Positions 49,901-61,900 of a stretch of DNA of 64,000 nt are shown piece by piece. The position numbers and the translations under genes were made by a program. Source of the stretch: Pavona decussata (lineage: Eukaryota). The notes beneath the pieces were generated by a model. It searched no databases, was not told where the DNA came from, and saw only the letters and a program-made list of their open reading frames with translations. How positions within the stretch are numbered: position 1 is the first letter of the stretch; each line of letters opens with the position of its first letter. The DNA lies in NCBI GenBank assembly GCA_977016875.1, contig CDRNST010000115.1, forward strand, positions 1-64,000. Direction: 5' to 3'.

Positions 49901-52900
49901 CCCCCTTGCAAGCCAACTCGTTCGTAAATACCTTACGCGCGCACCTCCCATGAAGTATTCTATGTTTATTTGTGTACCTCGGTTATGAGTAAGAGACTTT
50001 CCATAACTTCGTACTCATGGGTACCTTTTACTGATTTAATTAATGTCAAGTATTTTAATATCTCACCCAACTGTTGTCATGGAGATGAAAGACCACCAGA
50101 ATCCTTCACCAACGCCTTTCACAAAACTGGGCGGAAATTCCCCAGGGTTGTACCTGGAGTCCTGTTATAAAATTGCAATAGGAATTTTGCAGTGAATTCA
50201 AATGACAGAGAGGGATGAGGACCATGGTAACGATAAAAAAGCAGCACACAATGATAAGGATAACGTGACGATAGAAGACGAGTATAATAAGGATGGGAGT
50301 GACAACAGGGAGGGCGGGATGAGGTGAAGGGGGGGGAATGAATACGAAGAGGAAGATTAAGAAGGAAAACAAGGGATAATGAGGAGAAAAACAAAGAACG
50401 AGTGTACAAGGACAGGGATAAAAATTATGATCCGGACTACGAAAAGATACAAGAAATTAAAACGTTGTTCATATTTCAATACACGCCTTCTTTAAGAATG
50501 TTAAAACCGGCGTTAAAACATGGTTTCATGTCTTAAAGGCCTTGCATCCACAGACGTTCACAAACAACTCACTCGAAGTTATGGACTCCCAAAACAAAAG
50601 ATTCAAATCAGTCTATCCAATCGGAAACAGAGAAACTCTCTATGAAGTACTCACCAAAAGCCAAATGATAAATCCGGATATAAAAGCCGTGCATGTCGAC
50701 AGCACCAAGAAGGGAAGGATATCCAAAACTGCGTTTATCATGTTCATAGCAGCTGTCCCAGGAGGCCTAGTAGTGGCAATAAAAGCCACACCGGGGGATT
50801 CCACCAGGTTGATGTATGCATATTCCCGCAAGTATTTCGTGATGTATTTGTTTCCGTATATTGGAAAACTGATTTGTGGAACCTCGTCGACGTCTGCGAG
50901 CACTTCTAGGACATTTTTCTTGGCTGAACGTAAACCTTTCCCATTTTCTATAATCTCTATGATAGTGTTGCCGTGTGGGGGACATATTCCACAAGCCGCA
51001 TACACCATGTCAGTGACAATACTGCTGAAAATTCCCTCGAGCTTTTTGTCCTTCTCGTTCACCTTAAGGTATGGAGAAGTCGTCCAGTAGTTTGTGTAGA
51101 GAACTTTTGGACAACGACAGGTTTCTTAAAAAATATAAGACACTTGTTAAAACAGCAAAGGTTATTTATCACCCTTGCGAAACATGTCTAAACAATAACC
51201 TAAACAGATATTATAGAATAATTATATAAAGTCAATTTAAAATGATACAAACAGAGAATGTCGTGTTAGGGATAACTGAGCAGCCAAAATGTGCCGCCTT
51301 CGCTTAAATACATTATTTGTATGGGAATATTTTTTATTACTTTTTTATATTTTTTCCCTCGGAAAAAAGCTCAATATGGTACTTTTAAATGATAGCAGTA
51401 AGGTATATATTTTTACCACTTTTTGCCAGAACTAGGTTTCATAAACTGAAGATTTGTTTCAAGACGATTTAAGGCTTGTGTACGTACCAGCATACACATA
51501 TTTACTGTAAGGTCCCACTCCTTTCTGTGTAGATGCAGCCACTTTAATCCTGTAAGTCGAGTACGTTTGGACTTGAAGCGGAATCCAGAGTTCATTTGAT
51601 TTTAAGGTCACAGTGTGCTCTTCTGCGTCAAAAACGTCTCTCTCTGCTGTTTTCATTCTTTGATACTTCACAGAATAACCAGTTAGAAGGCCGTTGACGT
51701 GACCGTCAGGAACTGGACTCCAGTAGATGTTAATGGACTTTTCTGAAGTAAGGTTTTTAGCTCTGACATTCTGCGGAGGTCTGGTAGGGACTTGAATGTT
51801 ACAAAGTGGGAGGGGAAATTTATAAATTAACTTCTTTAACATATAAAGAATATACTCTGCAGAAGAATAAAACAGTAAATAAAGGTTTAAAGCAAAAGAA
51901 ACAATTTATCTCAATACAGAAGGTAATTGAAAATTTGCTGGTAAATCGAGAAAGAAAACTTTTGTTCAAACCAAACATTCGTTTCCACGCCCCATCCACG
52001 CAGCACCGCAGTTCCTTTAGAAACTAACCCTTATCCATTTCAAAATTCACAGTTTTCTGTGGTCTAATAAACCATACAATGACGTTATTAAGATGTTCAA
52101 AATTTAAGTGGAACCACGGGCCGCAGTTGAGTGGTTTTACTGCCAAGTTTGAAACATTTTATGGTGTCATTTTATGGCCTATAAGACTTGAGATTATAGA
52201 AAACTGTCGTCGATTTTATTTGTTTCGTTCGTGTTCAGTCATTTATATGCTCAGATTTCTGTCTTATTCCTCTGTAGGAAGTTAAGGCTCAGAGGGCAGA
52301 TGCTTGAATGAATAAAGAACGATAAGAAGTAGAGGAGTAGAAATGTGTGAGATGGTGAAATACTTGGCGCTTTAGCTTGGTCTGTGAGGCTCTAGCAACT
52401 GATTGTTTCATTGGTGAGAATAATTGCGATAAGCGTATGTCGTTGGGCTGGTAATAAGGCATTAAAGAGGAATAAAAAGGGTATGTGGCGGGTGAGGGAA
52501 ATTTGAGGATGTATTACTTAATTGCTCTTGTAAAGACCATCCTAAATGTTCTAAAAACACATAAAACACAAACTTGAACTACATTGTTTTATCCTAGTTG
52601 TTGTTGTTGTTTTTCTTTCTTTTTTTTTATTTTTTTCACAGGTAAAGTAAGACCCGAGAATTTACAATCCATGTAAATGCACTCACCATCGCCCCAAGTA
52701 TAAGAAAACGAAGAATATTTCTCGCCACAGCCCTTGGAAGTCTTAGCACAGACTGCTACTTTGTATCGAGTAAAATACAACAAGTCACCTAAAACGACTT
52801 TAAGTGTGTTTGCATCCACTGTTTTGTTTTTCCAGTTCAGCGGTGAACCATCGTCTTTGGCAAACCAAACCTCATATCCCAGGAGCGTCCCATGTACGTA

Positions 52901-55900
52901 CGTTTGGCTGATAGGTTTCCAGGACACACTGATTGAACTAGAACTCGTGGATTCGATAATAGTGTTTGGGGGAGGCTCACTTGGGACTAAAAGCAAACAA
53001 AAAAGAATCGTTTTAGTATAAATGGATAAATACAATCTCTGGTATTATAACTATTTTTTTCAAAAACTCAAAGCAAGTTGAGCGCGGCCTAGACCTTTTT
53101 TTAGCTTCTTAAGCGTCACCTTGATAAAGTTAAGTGGGCTAGTGACTTTTCCACTGCTCTATTTTCCAACTTGTTTAGCTTTTAGTTATTTTGAATAACC
53201 CGTTGCCTACATTCACAATCTAAGTGGAAAATTTGAAAGTAAGGCAATTGAAAAACAATAAAAAAAATTGTTGTTTATTTATGTTTCTATTTATAAAGAG
53301 TTGTTGGTGACTGTTGGAGAATTTCGCTGTATTTTAGCCAAACAATTCGTTGACACTCACAGCTATTGATACAATAAGGTGAACAGAGACCCAGAAACAA
53401 CACGAGAACAGCTTCTACTGGGTGTGAACAATCAACTAAATTCTTTACAAAAACTGGACATGTCAAGCCTACAACATCAGTCAAGTGTACACATTGAAAG
53501 TTTACCATCTTCCTGAGTTTTTAAGGACACTGGTTCACTAGAGACTCCATTGCCAAGACTCGTAAAAGCAAACACGCGTAATACGTAGTTTGTAAACTTG
53601 TCCAGATCGTCCAGTGTCACTTCTCGCTGTGATGGGGACACTGATTTCATGAAATCCACCTGAAACTTTCCGGTTACTTTTTTGTACACGATGGCATAGC
53701 CGCGAAGTGGTGCTGCATTTAGCTGTGTGACAGCAGACCATTTTAGTGTAATGGATGTTGAGTTGGTACTGCTTGCTTCAAGTATCACAGGAGGTTCTTT
53801 CGGTACTGTCGAGAAAGGACATAGTTTGCAAATGAAATACATAACCAAGACTATGGTAGAGAGCTAGGCGTCACAAGCTAGAATGATATAGGCCTGAAAG
53901 AATGAAAAGGAAACGAATGATGGTTAGCGTATTGTTTGACGTAGCGCTCAGCATTTTCTTTGTCTTCAAATGTGTACGTAAGCGATGTGTTAAGTTGTCT
54001 TTGTATCCTATCTTTCAGGATAACGTTATAATAAATCTGACCTTCGAAAGGAAAGTCCTTTTACGGTAATGGGAATATGTGGATTAAGCAAATCTAAGCG
54101 CCTATGGGAAGTATAACAGGGACTTTAAGATACGAGGACATGGCGGCTTTTACAACGTCGCAACCGAGAAGACTCTGGTTCGAGGGCGGGAGAATAAAAT
54201 TTAAGATTCACAACGCGACGAAGGTCAAAAACAACTATGTTGTCGAGGTGTTCGATTAGCTTTATACTAATTATGGCCATAGGATTACTAAGTGCAATCG
54301 TGGAATTCTGTGCCTGGCATTACTTGACGTCTACGCCAATGCAATTCACAACAAATGGGCCGCTCTTGAAAATTGCTTCGGATTTATATATAGATGGAAC
54401 AGTGCACCCAATCTCCCGGCCTATCATAAACCAGAGAACTGTATATGACGGACATGACCGCGTTCACGTACTCAAATTCCACTGAGTCTGTACATTTTTA
54501 TTTCATTTATACCGAAGGAAGTATGGACGACTGACGTTACGATATTGGCACTATCTGATCTCTACGGCGACCTAGAAAAATTCGGCTTCAATAATATAGT
54601 AATAATAACTTATATTGTACCTTTTAACATAGAATGTTCAAAGGCGCATTACGGCATGAAGTATAATAAATAGTTAAACTATGCATTAAAAGCTAATGTA
54701 AAAAGATTTTAGTGAGAATTGAAATACTGAAGTGATCTAGATTTCGTATCACAACAGGTAAAGCATTCCATAGTGTGAGAGCCGCGGCGGGAGAAGACCT
54801 TTCCCTTAATGATTGCAACATTTTCCCACAAGGGAAGTGTAGTAAAATTCCATTATCTGAGCGTAAGTGATAGGTAAATTGTTGCCGGGCATTCTCCTCG
54901 ATAGGAAAGGAAACACGTTTGTATGGTGATCCGGCCTATCCACTTAGGCTCATCTACCGGCACCATTTTAAGTTTCCAAACTTTAAGAAGAACTTAAAAA
55001 TTGGCAAGGTGTACGCTGTTTGTGTACTCCTAAGAAATGCCCTGACTTGCCTTTATTCAAACACAACGACAGAATATTTTGGCCTTGAACCGCCCATTTT
55101 GTACAACTATTTAAATTAAAGCTGTCAGGTACATAATGTGAATAAATGTAGTACATCCAAAAGAAAACAAGGGGGCCCTTTTCATTTCATCTTGGTACAT
55201 CTGAGATTCAGTCTTGTGTATAGGAAAGTGTCACAAATGGCTTGGACTGTTATCGGGGAGCATTAAGGCAGAGAAAGCTTCCTTTCAGCCCCTAACTGAC
55301 AAGAGGGCGTGCACAATAGTTTTGAGCCCAAGCTTTGCCATTTACCAGCTTCCTCGCCCCACAACTGGGCAATTTAGCAAAAAGGTCTGAACTTAAGGTG
55401 TTTGAGTACTCAGTATTTACAAAGGTACGAAGAAAGCAGCTGTTCTTAAATCGCAATTTTGAACCAACAGCCTGTTCCTATATTTTTAAGGTTGACTTCA
55501 AAGCAGAGGTTACCTTAATCTAATAAAGGAATCAAATAGTCTTATGATATTTCCAATCGTGTGCACAAACAGTAGCTCTATACTTAACCCATTTTCTTCT
55601 CTTTCCTTCTTTTCGATTTTTCTCTTTTGTGGTCATCCAACAATGAGCGCGTCCCTATAAGTAAGGGTTCAACCTCTTGGGAAAGTCTTTTGTTCAATTA
55701 GGCTGAGTATAAGTTTCAGGTATAAAGATCAATCTGATATTCTTAATTTATTGTTGCTTCTGTCCTCCTGTTGAAAATAACGTTTCTCGAATCTTTCCAC
55801 TGAAAACTATCTAGCTAGAACTGATGCACCTGGATATGGGATAAATCTGCTCGTTATACCAGTTGATGAAAATATTTTTTAGAACACTGTGTCCACAAGA

Positions 55901-58900
55901 CATTCCAAACGTTTACAAAAACATTAATTTGTGTCAACTAAACTTAACGCGTGTCTTGGAACCTTGCCCTTCACACTCCACCCTTCAAGAAAATTTTAAA
56001 ATCATGCTGGCTTAATATCAAAACTTTTTGGGACAGTTATTTAAACAGAGTCTAACTTAAGCCGCTGTCTATCGTTCTTGTGTTTCTGACAACTTTTCTA
56101 TTGCGTTTAATCTGACATGTTTATTAATCTCCATTTTTCGGCTCTTCTCCTGGTCCATTTTTTGCTACTCTGCCTCAGCACTTTCTTCCAGTGGGAATAT
56201 TTTCTCCAACAGTTTTTCCAATTCAGTGGGCTCGATTTATATCAGGCCTTATGCCATTTGCCTTTTCTTTACCTCTTAAATTCGTTTTATGCCTGTTTTG
56301 GAATATTCCAACATTTTCCCAAACTGAATGGAGCCTTTCTTCGAGGCATAATGATTTAGGTTAATAATTTCTTGGCATAGGATCCAAGCGGTTGCGGGCG
56401 TCTTGATGACTTTCCAGTAATTAAAATGCACGTTACCCCATGTCTTTTTGTTCATCAGTTCCTTTACTGATTCTGTGCAGGTTACGACAAACAAGGAAGG
56501 AGAAAATTTCAATTTTCCTCCCCCTCCCAAGCTTTATCCAATTTCACTAATATTGTGGCTGCGCAGGGTTTGCAAATCTCCTTATTTAAAGTTTATTTAC
56601 GTAAAGGAGTATTAAGTCACTACACCTTAAAAAACAAAATTTAACAAGGTAACTACGTCTCCAGTGATTCATCAATGATATTTAATAATGACAATAAACA
56701 AGTCTAAGTACGAAGATCAGCCTTTCAAAATTAGCATATGCCTGCATGCACTTTAACTCTTGCGACCCTACATTTTATTGGCATTTTTGCTGCAAGTTGT
56801 TAGTTGTCAAAGAATAAAAATTCGTGTCAATGTTCATAAACTGCAAAACTGAAAGTTGATGAAAGGGCGTTTGGTTACTTACCATATCTGCTTATAATAT
56901 TGAGTAATTCTGCTGTATTATCACCTAATCTTCCTTCTGCCATTTCCTCTTGCAAGAAGACAATCTGTAACGAGTCTACTGCGACGTAGGTGATATTTAA
57001 ACTGGCAATGACACTTCCTTTCCTTTGGAGGGGAAATTCAAAGTAAAAAGTCATTCTATCCAGTTGGCCCAGGTTGTTAAAATAACGAAGAACTTTATCC
57101 AGCGAAGGAATCGCTGTCAAGAGGATAAATGTACCCCAACTAATAGATTTTATCCCATGGAAAGCGATTAATACACTGGATAAAGTTCGTGTTGCCATAT
57201 CTAACCGTCTTCTTTTCTTACGAATCACTATTGAAAAATTTGAACCCGAAACACTGCCGAGGAAAAGCGTATCTAGTTGGAAACTTGATATTGATAAATG
57301 AGTTGTAAAGGCGCGTATCCGAAACTCCCCTCATTGAAAATTAATCAGGAACTTTCTCTCTGGCGTATCGTTAAACACAAATGCTGCTTGTAGCGATTCT
57401 GATTTTGTAGGATTGACAATATCGTTTGTCTCAGTAAGAACCTATTAATTGGCTACCTATTGAGTGACCAGTAAAATCACGTCAAGGATAGTGCCTCCTG
57501 ATACAAACGTATTTTTGAACAGTTTACGAATTTAGTTTTTGACTACGCGAGAAAAGTAGCTTTTAATACGGACTGTTGGAATCCAAAAAATAAATAAGGG
57601 GTAACCAAGTATTTTTCAAAGATAACAAAATAAAAATAAATGGCTTTAGCACTACAGCGTTAATTGGGGACACTATAAATCGGTGAAATAAATATACAAA
57701 CTGGACATAACATTTAAAAAATCCCAATTGGTGGAATCCAAACAAAACAATTCCAAAAAGCGGTGTAAACTGCAAAACAATGTATGGCATTTGTTCCCCA
57801 AATTAAAGCTTAAAATTATTTCCGAAGAACGTGTGGTTACCCCTACTTTTCGTTTTGGATTCCAACAACCCTTACTGGGATCTGCTTTTCCCCCACAATT
57901 AAAAACCACCCCAAAATACTTTTGTCTCAGAAGGCAACAGTCTTAAGAAACCCGACCATCCGAGATGCGCAGGACGTATGCGCAGTAGCAAATAAAGGCA
58001 TCGTCCTCAGTAAAGCCCCTTCACTGAGAGGCCATCTTTATAAGGTGGCTGCGGCCACCATTTGGCCGTCCCAAGGAGGGCTCTTCTTCTGTGTTTACAG
58101 TGTGAAGCGGCCACCAAGAATTTTTAAATTCTTGTCTTAAAAGACACACAGTTTAGCTTTTTCTTTATCCATGCTCCATTAGAAGGAATTAGTTCAAACC
58201 TTTCTTTTTAAATTTTGGTTCCCAACCGTTTAATTGTCTACTTACTTCGAAGCAATTATCAAAAAAACTTTGAAGCTTTGAGTAGTTTCAGCAGTTGTTA
58301 CAAGCCTCCAAACGTTCCTCAAAACAAATAAAGTTACGTTCCTACTTCGCCGTATGGTAATTTATGGCGAGCCCCTATATTTAGCAGCTACTTGCAGAAG
58401 CGACTGCTTGTGGGGCTTCAACCGTTTCTGACAAAACTTGAATGTTATGGGAAAAAGGAAAAGATAACTTGAAACTGATCTATATGATCGTCTAGTCAAA
58501 AGAAATATAAGACTGATATCTACCTCAGCTCTAAGACTTCCACGTTGATGATACTTTCACCTTTCATTTTGTATAAATTGATAATCTAAAATTGAAAATA
58601 AATAGGATAAGTATGCCATTTGTCTGAACATTAAATCGTTGAACCCTTCACTAACAAAAACGTCCAATGATAAAACCGACGAAATATTGAACATAATTTT
58701 CTCAAACAGCATAGCGAAAGGGGTTCAGCTTTCATGTGGTTGATCACGCACTAAGCAAAAGGCATCTTGTGCATCACAAGGGACAGCACCACAGAAAAGT
58801 GTAACATTACAGGTTTTTGTGAATAATTACATAATTACAACTTAGTATCTCGTCCACAGAGAAAACGTGGTTTCCCCCTTGTATAAAAAGTAACGCACAA

Positions 58901-61900
58901 AGCCACGGATGAGAAGAAAAAAAGAAAAGGCAAAACAGCAAATTTCTGTAAAATCAGCAACTGGAAAGGTTGACTTCAAGTCTCCAGTATCGGTAGGGTC
59001 TTAAGGCGGTGCTAAGGGAGTGAGCGCCAACTGCATGTCATGCGTGTGTGAAAGAAAACTCGATTGCTAAATGGTTCCAATGCTTACGTATTGTGTTATC
59101 TCGTTTACAAATGTCCGATAGTCGTCACTTGTCGGGTCGCCAAGGTCATCACTCCATGCTTTAGTTCTGAACCTGATCTTGAAATTTATCTCATCAGCTG
59201 ATAAAGAATTAAAAAAGATACGAAATGTTTAATTTCACTGCAGTTTTTCCTTTACATAAACAAGACAATACGAAGGTTTGCGCACGACTAATATGAGAAT
59301 GCGGCATAAACACCTCTGACTTAAAAGATGTATTATATGAGCTTTCTTGGGTTTTAAAATTAATATTTTGGTCTTAAGTTTGAAAAGGGTTGATGAACGT
59401 TTTCAGTGTACCAGAAGTATTTTTCGATATTTTAATGATCCGATCAGTTTCCCTTCATTTTCTTTCGATGCGTAGTAGTAACTCGTTAAATTTTCGAACG
59501 AACACTTTGTTATTTGCCTTCTCGTATTCTCGTGGCTTAGTTCTGTAGTCTCGAAAATTAAAGTTATACTGACCTGGACATTTGTTCATATTACAGGACT
59601 CGGTGTCGGTTGCTGGACCGTCGCAGGTTTTGCCCCCATCAACTGGTGATGGATTATTGCACAGTCGGGTCCTTGTCCTGGTTCCAGTGTTACACGGCTT
59701 ATTACAGTTTGGCCAAGAAGTCCAGTTGCCCCAGTTACCATCAACTACACAACAAATAAATAGTAGGCGTATAGATGTGGCGCCATGATATCATTCATTT
59801 AATGTAGAACATTTGTTGTTTTCGTGCAAAACAATGCTGCTTGTTCCCCCTGCCATTTTTTCTGTTTTGATACATTTATGTTAGACATTACAATAAAGTT
59901 ACCACACATTCTTAGATGTTGATTCCGACGATAACATTGCGGAGAAATAGTCAGTTATTGAAAATATTTTCTTCCAAACTAAGTCTCGTTTGGCAGTAGG
60001 TTTTCAGACTCGTGCACCTCTCTTGTAATGAGACAAGTATGTAACAAAATAATACAGCAACGACAATTAACAACATGGTAAACTTTTATTAACCCTTTGA
60101 CCCCTGAAGACGCCTATAGGCGCGCTTTCATATATGGTGTACATTTTGCTCTAAAAAAAGGGGCCAAAGGCACTTTCTAGGCCCCAGGCCTCCTCTACTA
60201 TTGCAAGAAACAACGTGATTCAAAATGGCGTCTATTTTAGCTAGATTTCTCTAGTTTTCAGGGGGAAATTTTCAATTTTTTTCGAAGCATTGGTTACAGA
60301 TGTCATCTGGTGATTTAAAAATGGCATCCTTCTACTCAGACATGGAGGAAATTCATCGAATTGTGATGGAAAGACCCGACATTAGTAACGTTTCGTAGGA
60401 GTACAGTTTCGAGTACGAAACCGCCGATTATTCTTCCCCAGAAGAGACAGAAAATGTGAATATTGTCGAAACATCAAGAGAGCAGCATCTCATGCACGTA
60501 AAAATCGTGATGGACAAACATCGAGATGGAAACCAGCTCGGCAACAACGCTGTAGAAATGAAGGGAAGACTCTAAACCTGAATCAGAGCGATTTGGATTT
60601 TTTATACAATACAAAATAACCACAATTTTCAGGCCCCAACGATTGACCGACTCATGCCTTTGAGGTCGATATCAGTCCGACTATATTTTTTGACAAGCTG
60701 TTTTCAGGTAAAGTGTGATCCAAGAATGAAAACGATTGCTGATTGTTGTAGCTTATATAGTATTCAAGTGATATACTGATAGTTGGACATCAGTAGCTTG
60801 CATGGATGGTAATAAACTTGGACCCATGACAGCAAATGTGATTTTTTTCTTTTTTGGCGGACATTTTGAATGACTAACCAGACTAGTTAATAATTAACAA
60901 CATAAAGTTTACATTTTCAAAATGCTCATCTCATCTACTTTCTAAAAATATATGGTTATGTATGGTTTGGATGAAAACTTAAGCTTTTATTAGCCATTTT
61001 CTCTGCCATGTCAATTTTTAGCAAAACTTAGTAAAAAATTCAGGGGTCAAATGAAGATTGACCAACAGGTGTAAATATTTAATGGCTGGCAATTTTATGT
61101 TTGCATGTCAATTATGTTGATGGAGAAGCAATTTATTTAAATCTCACATTGACAAAAATTACCCTTTCTTTTGTAGCAGATTAGCGTCTCGTTAACGAAA
61201 CAATCTCGTGTAAGCAAGATCGATTAAATTGCAGCCTTCAACAACAAAAATTGACTTGAAAGGAGAAGAAAATGTTGTCAAACCTTCACCAACACTTTTT
61301 GACGCAATAACTCTTGATGGTGGCACCAAAACACTATCTGGTGCTCGTGATCCTGGGTAGACAGATTGAGGCTGCTTTGACAGATTCTTGGTTTTAGACA
61401 CTTCAACTGGTGACAATTCGCTGCCTTTAGACAATTGCACTGGTGACCATGACAATATTGATGGATATTTTGTCTGTAGTGACGGTTGAAGTTCTGTATT
61501 ATGTTGTGTCACTGGTCGCAGTACAGATGAAGACTGCAGTGAAAGGGAGGATACTCGTTTCATACTTTGAGGTGTTGATTGTGATATCTGTTGTGTTGTT
61601 TGAGGAAACCTGATCGCTTGTGACGTAGACGATGGAACATTTGCCAGTTGCACTAACGATGAGAAGAGTGGACGTGAAGACTTTTGTTGCAGAATCTCAG
61701 ATCTCGATTCTTTCAGTGACGGTTGTGGAGACGGCTGATACGAAAGTGATGTTTGTGCTGCTGACTGTAATGATTGGGGTGAGGCATTTTGTTTCGACAA
61801 TGACTGTAGTATAGGTGAAGACTGCTGTGATACTTGTTGAAAACTAGCACTTTGGGGTGTATGTTGTAAAGCTATTGGAGACACAGGAGAAACTGTGATA

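Noticed and set aside
50106-50409. Hydrophobic ORFs as extra TM exons
   Set aside because: Low-complexity pyrimidine-rich intron; flanking exons already join in frame
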